64,000 nt of DNA from Zygnema circumcarinatum SAG 698-1b. Lineage: Eukaryota > Plantae > Zygnematophyceae. Made by a program: the position numbers and the translations under genes. Below are positions 1-13,400 of the stretch, piece by piece (position 1 is the first letter of the stretch; each line of letters opens with the position of its first letter). Below the pieces are notes generated by a model that was not told the DNA's origin, ran no database searches, and worked only from the letters and a program-made list of their open reading frames with translations. The DNA is taken from the NCBI GenBank assembly GCA_037447605.1, contig CM074823.1:806001-870000 (forward strand), given 5' to 3'.

Positions 1-677
1 GCCCTCCCTCTCTCTCCCTCCCTCCCTCCCACCCCTCCATCCCTTCTCCCTCCCTCCCGCCCTCCCTCTCTCTCTCTCTCTCTCCTCCCTCCCACCGCTC
101 CCTTTCTTCTCCCTCCCTCCCGCCCTCCCTGTCTCTCTCTCTCCCTCCCACCCCTCCCTCCCTTCTCCCTCCCGCCCTCCCTCTCACTCTCTCTCCCTCC
201 CACCCCTCCCTCCCTTCTCCCTCCCGCCCTCCCTCTCTCTCTCTCTCCCTCCCTCCCACCCCTCCCTCCCTGCTCCATCCGCCCTCCCTCTCTCTCTCTC
301 CCTCCCTCCCACCCCTCCCTCCCTTCTCCCTCCCTCCCGCCCTCCCTCTCTCTCTCTCTCCCTCCCTCCCACCCCTCCCTCCCTTCTCCCTCCCGCCCTT
401 CCTCTCTCTCTCTCTCCCTCCCTCCCACCCCTCCCTCCCTTCTCCCTCCCTCCCGCCCTCCCTCTCTCTCTCTCTCTCTCCCTCCCTCCACCCCTCCCTC
501 CCTTCTCCCTCCGCCCTCCCTCCTCTCTCTCTCTCCTCCCTCCCTCCCACCCCTCCCTTCGTTCTCCCTCCCGCCCTCCCTCCCTCTCTCTCTCCCTCCC
601 TCCCTCCCTCCCACCCCTCCCTCCCTTCTCCCTCCCTCCCGCCCTCCCTCTCTCTCCCTTCCGTGACCCTTGCGCAG

Positions 678-2791
678 GAATCAGCTTCTGGTCTGCCTCC
701 TGAAAATGAGTCGCGAGAATCTCGGGCGCATGCCCAAAGTGGTGGGCATAGACGTTGTGGAGATGGCGCTATGGGCACAGGCAAGGCCGCATACCCACAA
801 CTTAAAAATAAGTAAATAAAAAATAGCTTGAACGGCAGACTCCTAAGATCTGATCTTTGGGAACTCTGACGATATTCAAATGTTAAAATATCCAAAAACT
901 GTGTTTTTTAAAGTATCTGTATTCTGTAAATCCTAAAGCAATTCTACGTATTCCTTTCCCACTTTTCTCTGTCAATCCTCCCCAACTCCACTCTCCCCTG
1001 CTTTCTGCCTTTTCGATACAGACAAGAAACCCTAAAAACCAGGTCTGCCTCTCTGCTTCCTCCTCCTTTAATCACTGTTTGCTTAGTTTTTATTCATTCA
1101 CTTTTTTCTTTTTTTGTTTATGTTTGCAGAAAAATGCAAAGCCGTTAGCTATTGGGTCGAGTGGGCTCCCTCCTGTGGGAGGATTCCGAGAGGAGGGGCC
1201 GACTCCTGTCGACACTATCGCAGTGCAGCAAGACATGGTCTCTAAGGTGGAGGAGGAGGACATGGAGGCCCTGCTTGGCACGTGCGTCACTCTCTCTCCC
1301 TCACCCTGCTTCTTCTCTCTCCTCCCTCTCGCTCCTCCCTCACCCTCCTCCCGCTCTCTCCTCCCTCACTCGCCTCCCTCACCCTGCTCCCTCACTTTCC
1401 TCCTGCTCTCTCCTCCCTCACTCTCCTCCCTCACCTTCCTCCTGCTCACTCCTCCCTCACTCTCCTCCCTCACCCTCCTCCCGCTCTCTCCTCCCTCACT
1501 CTCCTTCCTCACCCTGCTCCCTCACCTTCCTCCTGCTCTCTCTTTCCTCACTCTCCTCCCTCACCCTCCTCCCGCTCTCTCCTCCCTCACTCTCCTTCCT
1601 CACCCTGCTCCCTCACCTTCCTCCTGCTCACTCCTCCCTCACTCTCCTCCCTCACCCTCCTCCCGCTCTCTCCTCCCTCACTCTCCTTCCTCACCCTGCT
1701 CCCTCACCTTCCTCCTGCTCTCTCTTTCCTCACTCTCCTCCCTCACCCTCCTCCCGCTCTCTCCTCCCTCACCCTTCTCCCGCTCTCTCCTCCCTCACTC
1801 TCCTTCCTCATCCTCCTCCCGCTCCCTCCTCCCTCACCCTCCTCCCTCAACCTTCTCCCTCTCTCTCCTCCCTCCTCTCCTCCGTCATGAGTCCATCTCA
1901 GTTCCGTTCACTTTGCATCGCTTTTGTTCTGTCTCTCTGTTCCATTTCGTTCCGTTCTGTTTACCATCGTTCAATGCAGTTTAGTCCAATACTATCCAGT
2001 TCGGTTCAGTTTAGTGTTGCTTGATTTGTTGGACAGTTCAGTTAAGTCTTATTGTGTTCCGTTTCAGTTCATTTTTTTTTGTTTTGTTTTTATTTTTGTA
2101 ATCCTTTGCAGATACGTGATCGGCATCGACGAGGCCGAGGCATTCTCTGAAAGACTGAAACGCGAACTTTCTGCTTTGGAGGGGGCAAATGTGCACGCCA
2201 TTCTGGAGAGTGAAGCGCTAGTAGAAGAGGTGACTAACAACTTAGTCATTATCACTATCCAGAATGTTTTGTGTGTAATTTCATGTAGATAACTGTTGAA
2301 TGTTTAAAGCAAGAAACATGAAGTTTGATGTTTGTGCCCCCCCCTCCCCCCCTTTTTTTTTTTCGGTGCAGGTATTGGACCGACTGAATGGTGCGGCTCA
2401 AGGTGTCGATCTCATGGATGACTACTTGAGTGTGTTCAACACCAAACTTCGCCACATGCGGGACGACATTGAACTGGTGCAATCTTATCTTAGCTTATCT
2501 TATCTTAATCTTATCTTATCTTATCTTAATCTTAATCTTATCTTATCTTACTTTTTACATTGCTTATTTTCACTGCGTTAATTTCTTCAGTTTATCTAGA
2601 AGTTGAGCCTTCTCTTCAAAATTTGCCCCACATGTCTAGTAACGGTTATATGGAATATATGATCCATTGACTACTTGTTTGACTGTTTCTTTGTATATTT
2701 GATCCATTGACTACTTGTTTGACTGTTTCTTTGTATATTTGATCCATTAACTACTTGTTTGACTGTTTCTTTGTATATTTGTATATTTGTA

Positions 2792-2822
<31 letters not shown>

Positions 2823-5800
2823 CCTTGTGCAGATAGAGGCCCGCAACAACCGGCTGCAGGTGCAGTCCGTGAACAGCGAAGCATTGCTGCGGGAGCTCGA
2901 CAAGCTGCTTGACTGCCTGCACGTCTCTCCCGATGTGAGAGGGAGGGGAGGGAGAGGGAGGGAGAGGGAGGGAAAGGGAGGGCAAGGGGAGAGGGAGGTA
3001 TGGAGGGAGGGAAAGAGGAGGAAGGAAGATGGAGAACATGAGAGGAGGAGGAAAATGAGGGAGGAAGGGGATCAAGGAACGAGGGGAGGCAGGGGAGGGA
3101 GGAAGGAGCGAGGTGGGGGAGGTGGGAGGTGGGGGGTGAGGGAGACGGGGGAGGGAGGGGAGATCAGGAAATGAGAGGAGAGGGAGGACTGAGGAGGAGG
3201 GAGGAGGAAAGAGCGATGCAGAGAGGGGAGGGATCGTGAGAATGCTTGAGAATGAGTCTTGAGGGTGAGGAAAAGGGAGGAAGCAGGAAGTGTATCACAT
3301 GGGAAGGAAGGACGTGGGCAGGAGAGGGAGGAAAAAGGGAGTGCGGAGAATGGGCTAAGTGAGAGAAGGGAGAGGAGGAAACGGAAAGAGGAGTGAAGAT
3401 GATGGAGAGGTTGGGGACGTAGGAGAGGGAGATGGAAAGTGGAGAGTATCGTTCAGGTTATAAAGTTGAGAAGTTCAGCTAAATTTTAGATCATTTTAAT
3501 TAACTTCAAAAAAAATTATCCCCACTATTACTTTCCCTGCAGTACGCTGCCGTTCTCTCGAGTGGAAATTTCGACGAGGCGAGCATGCCTGCCTTGCTGG
3601 CAGCCTGTAATTGGCTGTGCGACACTCTTGAAACTTTGGAACCCACAGGACGAGCGGAGGACAACTTCTCAGAAATGAGAGCTGTAAGTTTTCTGCCTCT
3701 TGGGTGTATTTCTCCTTCATAATCCGGCCAAAATCTCTCCCTCCCCCCACTTTCTACACTCCTTTCTCACTCCCCCCTCCCTCCTTCCTCCCTCCTTCCT
3801 CCCTCCTTCCTTCTTGCCCCCTCCCCCTCACTCCTTTCCTCTCCCCTCTCTCCCTTCCCTCCCCCCCACCCTTCCCCATCCTCCTCCCCCGTTCTCCCTC
3901 CCCCTTTCTTCCTTTCTTGTCCCTTCTCCCTCCTCCCTCCCTCCCTCCTTCATCCCTGCCCCTCCCCCATTCCCTTTTCCGCCTTCGCCCCCTTCTAACT
4001 TCCTCCTCCTCCTCCGTCCTCCGATCCCCCTCCGCCTTCCTCCCCCCTCCCTCCTCCGCCCTCTCCCCTTCCTTCTTCCTCCCACATTCTTTCTCCTCCC
4101 ACTTCCCTCCTCTCTTCCCTCCCCCTCCCCCTCCCAACTTCCCCATTTCGCCGACCCCCCTCCCTCATCTTCCCCCTCCCCTCTCAACCTCCTCTTTCCT
4201 CCCTTCTCTTTTCCCCCTCTTCCATCCTCCCTTTCCCTCTCCCCCTTCCCTTTCCCTCACTCTTTTCTTTTGGTCTCTCATTTTCCATTGCACCAAGAGC
4301 ATCAGAGTGCAGTGAGGAAGAAAATTCTCTTCCCGTTCAATACCACTTTTTCCCTTTCCCTTTGGGTGGAAGAGAAGGAGAGTTGATTCTAGTTGCTTTT
4401 TTTCTCAAGTTACCCAGGGAAAAACAGTTTTTATTAAATTTATTTTCTTATACTTTTTGTCATATCATATCCTACTTACACTTTTCAGATCACGGAGAAG
4501 AAAAGTGAGCTCGAGAAAGTGAGAGTTTCTTTCGTTCGACAAGCAAAGGACTTTTTGCGGACTTTTTTCGCAAATCAAATCGAAACGATCATCACTGAAA
4601 GGGTATACTCCCGCTTCTTCCCTCTCAAATTCCATTATTCCATATTTCATGATTCCATATTCCGTAATTCAATTTCTGTTTTTGAATTTCACTTCGTGCT
4701 TGGATCGTCTCTCCTGCCACTTCTCTCACTTTTTTCCGGACTCTCCCTCCCTCCCTCCCTCCTTCCTCTCCTCTCTCCCTCCTCCTCCTTCCTCCACTCT
4801 CCCTCCTCGTCCTTCCTCCTCTCTCCCTCCCTCCCTCCCTCCTTCCTCTCCTCTCTCCCGCCTCCTTCCTCCTCTCTCCCTCCTCCTTCCTCCTCTCTCC
4901 CTCCCTCCCTCCCTTCCTCTCCCCCTTCTCCCCTTTTGGATTTCCAGAAAGGCCTTCTGAAAGGCTACCCTGATCATAAGGAGCTCCGACGCAAATGTCA
5001 AATTTACGATCAGCTTCTCGAGCACTTGAAGGTCAGCAGAAAAATATGGATATTATCAGAATAATAATATTATTATGAATACAAGAACTTCGTGAACAAA
5101 CTTGCTCGCATATTTTCTGAATCTAAATAATGCTTGTCATTTGCATTATCAGGTCATATCCTGGTAATCGTTTTATTCTGTAAAATGGTACTATCGGATG
5201 TAATATGCTTTATCCATGATACTTATGTTTAGGCTTATTTATGGTGCTATTGTATCGTACTCTACCACATACTCTGCTATTTAATTACGTATTTCTCTTT
5301 TTTTTTTCCTCCCATTCTCATGTTTTTTCCGTAGTCCTCATGTATGCTAATTTCTTGCAGGCTTTGGATCGTGCATCCCTTGTGGAAGTGAGANNNNNNN
5401 NNNNNNNNNNNNNNNNNNNNNNNNNNNNNNNNNNNNNNNNNNNNNNNNNNNNNNNNNNNNNNNNNNNNNNNNNNNNNNNNNNNNNNNNNNNNNGGGGGTA
5501 TTACCTTAGAGGTGTTTAAAACATAGAATAAGTTTTGGGGAGGGGGGTAGTTATTTTAGTTGTTAGTTATTTTGAGTGAGTGCACTCATTAGGGGGGGGA
5601 GGTATTCCTTCCCTTAGAGGGATTATTTTGTATCCCGGGTTGCAGGGACTTTAAATTCCTGTCGCAGCTCATAATCTAAGGGAAAATCTTTTTGACAAGA
5701 TATAAAAAAAAGCTTTCTAGAATAGGCTTCTGGGCTATAGAGAGACTTAGCTTTTCCTCGGCAGAGGGATTATTTCAACAAAGAATCAGTATCAGGGAGG

Positions 5801-6320
5801 GGTGGGGGGGATTATTACCTTAGAGATGATTAAAACATAGAATAAGTTTTGGGGAGGGGGTTAGTTATTTTAGTTGTTAGTTGTTTTTTTTAGTTTCCTT
5901 TTTTTTACCAGCTATTTTTTGTTTTTTAGCTTACAGAAATTTGTCTTCGTTGTCTCTTTTGTTTTTCCTTTTTTCTCTTTCGGCCCACCTTTCCTTGCGT
6001 AAGGAAAATCAAAAAGTAAAAAAGTTGCGGCATTATCATTTTACTTTCCCCTTTATCCCCCTTCCCCTTTTTTTTTTTTTTGATTCTTTTGGAGCCTTCA
6101 CCCTTCGCCCTTCACCGTTCACCCATTTTTTTTTCCTCCCCCTTTTTTTTTTTTCCCAATATCCAGATTCACCAACCTCGCGACAAAAATGGAGCACCTG
6201 GTCGAAGACGAGTCGCGGGACATGGTCGACCAGGCGTATGCGAAACTGGTAATCTCTCCAGGACTCTAAAAAAAATCTCTCATTTTTGTTTTGTTTTTTT
6301 TTTTTTTTTTNNNNNNNNNN

Positions 6321-6370
<50 letters not shown>

Positions 6371-7951
6371 CACCTTTCATTTCCGGTTACCTGCTTCCCC
6401 AGATTTGAAAGTTCTTCGTATTCTTTCTCCCCCTCTCTCTCCCTCTTTCTCTCTCTCAGAGTCTCTCTATGTCTCTCTCTCTTTCTCTCTCACTCTCTCT
6501 CTTTCCCTCTCGCTATCTTTCTCTCTCTCTTTCCGTTTCATTTCCTTAGGGTTTAAGGATGAGGGTTTAGGGTTTAAGGGCTTAGAGCTTCAGGATTTAC
6601 GTTTTTTAGGGTTTACAGTTTTAAGGTTTTTCGGTTTTTATGTCTTAGGGTGTTAGGGCTTCTGCATTTCAGCATTCTGCAATGCATCACATTTTCCTTC
6701 CCCGCGCTCCCTCCTAACCCATGCAGGCTCCCCCCTCTCCTTCCAAAACCTAATCCTTAACAATTCTCTCCTTCTTCCTAAAAATCGTGAAGCATATCAT
6801 CGTGCGTCTATCACCTCCTTCTGTTTTCTCTCTCATATGTTCTTCTCCCTCCTTTTTTCGCTCTCTTCTTGCTTCCTTTACTATTATCCCCTCTCCCTCT
6901 CTCCCTCCCTCTCCCTCCCCCCCCAGCACGTACACTGTAGCCGGGTCGCAGCCCTCCCTCCGCTCTCACTATCAGCGCGCAAGCGACGCCTACGACAAGG
7001 CCTGCCAGTCCTTCGTCGATGCCACCATCATGGCGGTGCGCTCTCTCTCTCTCTCTCCCTTTCTCTCTCCTTCTCTCGCTATCTCTCTCCTTCTTCCTCC
7101 CTCACTTCCTCTCCGCCTCTTCTTCTCTACCTGCCTCTTTCTCCCTCTCTCTCCCTCTCTTTCTCCCTCCCCCACTCTCCCTCTCTCCCTCTATCTCCCT
7201 CTCTCCCTCCCTCTCCCTCTCCCTCCCTCTCTCACACTCCCTCCCTCTCTCTCTGCATCTATCTCTCTCTCTTCATCCCTCTCCCTCTCTCCCCCTCCAC
7301 GTCTCTCCGTCCTCTTCTCTCCATCCCTCTCGTTACCTCTCTGCCCCTCTCATTCTCTCCCACTCTGCCTCTCTCCCTCTCTCTCCCTCCCTCTCTATTC
7401 CTCTCGCTTTCACTCGTTGCACTCTCCCTCACTCCCCCTTCTCTCTCCCTCTTTCACGCTCCTTCCTCCTCCCCCTCTCCCACTCCCTTTCCCTCCATAA
7501 TCTCTTATTTACCATTTTTTAACCAAGCTTTCCTATTTGGTTTGTGAGATCAGTTCAATAAGTGCCTTAATTGCTGAAATTTGAAAACCTATGAAACCGC
7601 GCATGTGGGGAAGGGAGAGGGAGGAGTTAGGGAGAGGAGAGAGAGGTGTTAGGGAGAGACTGAACGGAGAGGAAGAAAAGACAGTGGTAGGGAGAGGAGA
7701 CTGGTTACGGAAGAAGATGGGAGATGTAACGAGGGAGACGGGAGGAGGGAGAAGGTGGAAAGTGGTAGTGAAGGAGAGGTCGAGAGGAGGCAAGACAGAG
7801 AGAGAGAGAGAGTGGAGCAAGTGGTAGTGAGGCAATGGGGAAAAGTGAAGGGATGTGGGAGGGACAATATGTTGACATGGGAGTTCCCAAAGCATGGGAG
7901 TGCGAGAGAGAAAGAAGAGGAGAGGTGTGGAAGTGGGTGGGAGAGGGAGTG

Positions 7952-7987
<36 letters not shown>

Positions 7988-9520
7988 TGTTCGTCATACT
8001 CTTTGTATCGTCGGGGACCTGATTGGAATATTTTTATTCCCTGCAGCAATTCGAGACCCTTTTTGCCTACGGACAGAAAATTAAAAACCTCCTCGTGACG
8101 GTGGAAACAGAAGAGGTACTTATTTCGAATGTGCAGTCTTTCCTTACAAGTACTCATTCTGTTTAGCTCCTTTTTGCTACTTCTTTAAGTGATTCTTGTC
8201 ATTTTTTCTTTTTTGCTTTTTTTGCTTCCAATCTGTTTGTTGCCTGTTTTGCTTAAAGCTCAAAGATATCTTTTCAGCTCCCACCTCTCTTCCCCCCTCT
8301 CCCCTCTCTTATTTTCCTTGTCCTTTCCCTCGTTTTGCAGATTCCATTCCAAGCAGGTCTGAACAAAGCGGAATTTCGGAAAATGCTCAAAATGCAGCTG
8401 GCGACGGTGAGCTCTTTATTTTTTATTTTTTCAAATTTAAATAATTTTATTATCTAGGTAATATCAAAACCTTACCCTGCTTTATATGTGTAACGCCCCG
8501 CATTTATTTTGATTATTAATCATTGCCTTCTTTCTCACTCTCTCTTTTTCTCTGTGAAAAGTGTTATGTTTTTTGTTTCTTTAGATGAAATTTTGTATTT
8601 CTATAAGGTACCTGTCTTACTTTTCCCCTTGTTTCCATTTTTTTTTTTTTTGGGCAGCCCGATAAGTACCTGCAGGCGATGCATCAGCGAATGAAACGGA
8701 GTCTGACGTCAGCAGAGCTGCTGCCCTCCCTCTGGGAGAAGTGCCAGGTAGCCTGCGGGAGAGGGAGAGAGATGGAGAGAGAGAGAGAGGGAAACAGAGG
8801 GAGGGGGGGACAGTGGGACACTTCCGATGCTAGGAGATTATGCTTCGCAGTGTAACCGGGTTCGAGACAGAGAATGTGTTTGTGTGTCTGTATGAGAGAG
8901 GGAAAGAGACACAATGGGAGAGAGACAGACAGAGAGAGAGAGAGAAATAAGGAAGTTTCTCTCTCTCCTTGTAAAAGGTCCATGAGGGTGCCAAGGATGT
9001 ATTGCCTTTCAAATGGACAGTGCAAATTGCCAGTTTTCTGTTCTCATCCCTCATCCTCCTCCCTCCCCCCTCCTCCCCCCTTCNNNNNNNNNNCCCCTCC
9101 CCCCTCCTTCTCTCCTTCCCTTCTCCCCCCTCCCCCTTCCCCTCCCTCTTCTCCTCCCCCTCTCCTCCTTTCCCTCTCCCCCCCTCTCTCCTTCCCCCCT
9201 TTCCCTCCCCCCCTCCCCTCCTTCCACCCTTTCCCTTTCCCCCTCTCCCTCCCCCTCCCCCTCCACCACCCCCTCCGCGTCCCACTCCCCTCCCCTTCCC
9301 CTTCCCCCCCTTCGCCCTCTCCTTCTCCTCTGCCTCTCTCTCCCTCCCCCTCCCCCACTCCCTCTCCTCTGCCTCTCTCTCCCTCTCCCTTCCTCTGCAG
9401 GAGGAGTTCATGGAGCGGTACGAGGACCTGAACGTTCTTGCAGCGCGCTGTTACGGCGAAGCCCTCGTCCCTCCGCCGGAGGAGATGAGAGGCCTCTTTG
9501 AAGAAGCCGCCGCCGTCTAA
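678..9520 (+). CDS. SEC3: Exocyst complex component SEC3 (5' end outside the window; middle hidden in gap 5394-5493)
   Basis: Exons joined by hand: 678-780, 1130-1281, 2112-2229, 2372-2476, 2833-2934, 3543-3683, 4489-4602, 4948-5031, 5361-gap, 6167-6248, 6927-7035, 8047-8115, 8341-8406, 8658-8747, 9401-9520(TAA). Peptides [113 protein letters not shown] match plant SEC3 as I recall it. One expected exon between 6248 and 6927 was not found (phase mismatch; 10-N gap at 6311-6320). Confidence 0.95.
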
Positions 9521-10102
9521 AACCGTACCTTGTGCCATATAGCTTCTCCCATTCAAACTTCTATTTTTTAATACCTTTTTTTAGTGAGGTTTATTTTGTT
9601 TTTTAGGGCCTCAGGTAGTCCTTGCTACATCCTATGTTCTTCGCCCTTGGTTTCCTCCCTTTTTGTCCTTTTTTGTCTTTTATTTACCTTTTTTTCTAGT
9701 CGTTTTTATGGCTTATCCCCTCTCCGCTCCCGCCGTATTTTGTTAGATGTGCACTTGTCGAGGACAGGTGGATAAAGTTGATTTAGTTCATATTGGACAG
9801 CCGAAGTGAGGGTTCCTTCATGGTTTGGAGGGTCTGCTCTTCTCAATAATCTCCAAATGATTCCCCTCTCCTTCTCCAACTCTCTCTCCCTCTGCCCTCT
9901 CACGCCCTCTTCCTCGCCTCAATTTCCATGCTCCTGCTCCCATTCCCTCCCGATCTCTCTTTCCATCTCCCTCATGATCTACCTTTTCCATCTCCAGCTC
10001 CTGCTTCCTCCCCCTCTCCCTCTTCCTCCAATCTCCCGTGAAGTCTCCCACTCCATCTCCCTCTCCCTCTCCCACTCCCTCCCATCTCCCGTTCGCAATC
10101 CC

Positions 10103-10503
10103 CACAACCGATACGCCATCGTCCGATCAGGCGCAAGAGAGTCCCTCCGTACATGTGTCCCGTTGACTTTCATGCAATGGTTAATGAACTCATGTTGTTG
10201 TTGAACGTTTAGACTGTAACAAACTTGATTTCGTGATAGTACCTTGGAACATCTCTGTCGGAAACCACTCGCCAACTATTGGATGGCAATGGTTGGATGT
10301 CCCAATGGTTCGCAACCATTGGCAATGTTTGCCAGGCATTGGATTCGTCATTGGTTGCGTCTAATGGTTTCCAACCGTCAAACCATGGAAACCAATGGTT
10401 GCGAGCCATTGGACTTTTCCAACCATTGCCACCTATTGGTTGCCAATGGTTGCCGGTCCCACGGCCGTGAAGCCCCGCGCAGCCGGGAATATCGGCGATA
10501 ATC
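10103..10503. repeat. ~400-bp segment repeated in direct orientation at 30108-31020; contains a palindromic CCAATGG/CCATTGG foldback
   Basis: cacaac.gatacgcca...gagtccctcc...gttgttgttgaa...cttgatttcgtgata|gtaccttggaacatctct...atatcggcgataat aligns with 30108-31020 once the 500-bp MITE is removed. Confidence 0.85.
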
Positions 10504-11345
10504 GATGACATATTACTCGATATCCCACAAAGGAATAGAACGTCATCGTGCATGTCTACACACTACAGTGAATGCTTCCTTTGCGACCAGTTCCTCGTGG
10601 TTTCCCATGATGCTGATGTTGTCCAAGTTGTGTGTTTGATGGCCTCGCCATCGTGAGATCAATGCCATTTTCTCCTGATTCTATCTATGTATGTATGAGT
10701 GGTTGATGTCGAGCACTATGCATGCATGCATGCATGGGCCCCTGCGGGTGGCGATTCCATCAGCCAATGTTTGTCAAGTATGGATGGTTCGATGGAGGGC
10801 CGAGCATCATCCCTTCACGGCATGGCAGACCCTTTTTCGAATAAAGCTCACCACGTGGGATAAAATATGATGCATAACTGTATTCAAATATTAGACATCT
10901 GGGTTAGTTCATGGGCAACTTTGTGGTTCTCTCTAGTGTTCGGATGTCTCCAAAGAGCAGCGCGATAGGGAACCGAATGACCGCGATTTTCCGCTGCATG
11001 GCTCTGCATGGCGCCTCCGTTCTTTTGCGAAGGAAGAAGGAAGTGGCATTGATCTCACGATGGCGATGATGCCATCAAATGTGCATGGACAAAACCACAC
11101 AGGTAGCGCTTTGCAGCGGGAGGGCAGGGGAGCAAGGAAAGGAAGCGGTGACGGGAGGATAGCTGGGAGAGGAGACATAATATGAGACAGAGAGAGAGAG
11201 AGTACAGCAGAAATGCAAGAGAGCTGCGTTTGAGTGAGAGGAAAAGAAGAGTTGAGTATTAGAGGAAACAGTTTTTCAGTTCGAGGAAAGAAAGGAGCGG
11301 AGAGAAAAAGGCTAAGGTACGAGGTGAAATCACTCGGCTCCCACC

Positions 11346-12307
11346 ATGGCGCATTTCTCCCTCGACAATCTCCCTCCTTTCCCTTTCATTACAATCCCCT
11401 TCCTCCCCATCCCTAAGGGGCACAGCAGAAGAGGCTGGCTCCCAATATGCAGCAGCGAGAACGGTGCCATGGCTGTGCCCAAAATCACTCCCACAGCCTC
11501 TCCCACACCCTCCTGCACAGCCACTCTGTCAGCCTCCCCCACAGACTCTCTCACGCGGTCTCTTTCAGCCTCTCCCACGCCCTCTCACACATGCAACAAC
11601 ATCAAGGGTCCCCCTAAGGAGGGAGCCTTTCAGCAGCTCTCTCAGGCCCCCATTTCCGTATGGTGGGATATTGAAAACTGTGGAATCCCCTCTGGAGCAA
11701 ACGTTTATGAGATCGTTCACAATATCCGCTCCGCCCTTTTAAAGGAGGGAATGAATGGCTCCCTCTCTGTTACGGCGTGTGGAGATGTCAATCCTCACGC
11801 CGAGGGAGGGAGTGGTGGAAGGGCTCAGAATCACAGGCATCAACATTTACCACGTTAACAATGGTGCGAAGCTGTTGCAATGATTTTTGGCTTAAGGAGC
11901 ATTGTGAGATTAGGTTTAAGGAATTCTCTCCCTTTCTCTCTCCCTCTCTCTCTCTCTCGTTCTCTCTCTCCCTCTCTCTCTCTCTCGTTCTCTCTCTCCC
12001 TCTCTCTCTCTCTCTCGGTCTCTCCTCCTCACTCGTCCGCCGATTTTCTCTCGCATAAAGTCCTCTTGGTCTTCATCATCCTCCTTCCTCTTGACCTTTT
12101 TTCTATCTGCCCGACCCCTTCCCCAATCCTCTCCCTTCCCATTCAGAGTTAAAAGAGCTAAATCAATCAATTTTCTACCTCATTCTCTCTCCCCCTCTAT
12201 TTTCTCCACCTCCCCTTCCACGTCCATCCCACTCTCTTTCTCCCCTTCGTCCCTCGAACTTCTCCTCCCATACTAAATCTCTCCTTTGACCCCCCCTTCT
12301 CCCCCCT

Positions 12308-12393
<86 letters not shown>

Positions 12394-13400
12394 CTCACTC
12401 TCTCTCTCTTTCTCTCCCTCTCTCTCAGGCCGCAAAAATGCCAGTGACAAAGTTATAACTGAAGCAATGCTCCTCTGGGCACTAGACCACCCTTCCCCGG
12501 CCCATATTTTTCTAATTTCTGGAGATCATGATTTTTCATCTGCTCTTCATGCTCTTCGCCTTCGAAATTACAATATTTTAATTTCGTGCAGTGAAAAATC
12601 ATCTTCCCAGTCACTGCTCTCTTCAGCAACTAAGGTTTGGAGTTGGCCCAGTTTAGCTAAGGGAGAAGTAGAAGGAGAAGACGAAGAGAAGAGAGAAACG
12701 AGAAGAAGTGCTACTTCTTCCTACGCCTCGTTGAAAGAGAACCCCAAATCTTACAAGGCTTCTACTTTTGAGAGAGTGGACGAGACAGAGGGGAGGGAGA
12801 GAGGGGGAGTAGGGGAGAGGGGAGAGAGAGACAGGGGAACGAGCGAGACGGGGAGGGGAATAGGTGCAGAGGGAGAGGGAGAGGGAGAGGGAGGGTGAGG
12901 GAGAGAATCTTCAATGCAGAAGAGTGTGTCTCCTTTAAAAAAATCCCCTTGCCCTTCATCATCTCCTACTGAAGGAGTTTCAAAAGGAAGAGCAGCCACA
13001 ATGAAGGAAGTGAAGAGGTGGCTAGTGAAGAAAATATTAATAGGAAATTGCGCATCTTGCAAACTCGAGCAGCTGGAGACTTTATTTGAACGAGAAACAA
13101 AGCTCGCGATCGACCCTAAAAAGCTCGGATGTCAAACCCTTTTGAATGTTTTCGAGTCTATGGAGAGCTTGGTCTATCTTGAAGCTGTCAACCAGGGGAC
13201 TACTTTGGTTCATTTGAGGTCGCAGCCTTTGGAAGATCTTATAATTCTCTTAAGAGGGGCTTTCCTTTTGGATTGTGAATTCTTTGTTTAAGAAAGAGTT
13301 TGGGTATGAGTTCGATCAGAAAGAGTTTGGATACGGGAGCTTGAGGGGCTTCCTTAAGGGAATGCCAAATTTCCGGGCAGACACTCGGTTCATCTTGAAA
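11346..13400 (+). pseudogene. NYN + OST-HTH/LOTUS endoribonuclease (MARF1/Limkain-b1-like), copy 1, frameshifted
   Basis: Exon 1 is 11346-11863 (ISVWWDIENC); intron to 12428; exon 2 has RKNASDK...[28 protein letters not shown], then HTH-like LEQLETLFERETKLAIDPKKLGCQTLLNVFESM. Relative to sister copies it has +4 nt near 11810, an in-frame TGA at 12896-12898 and an indel near 13250. Confidence 0.85.
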
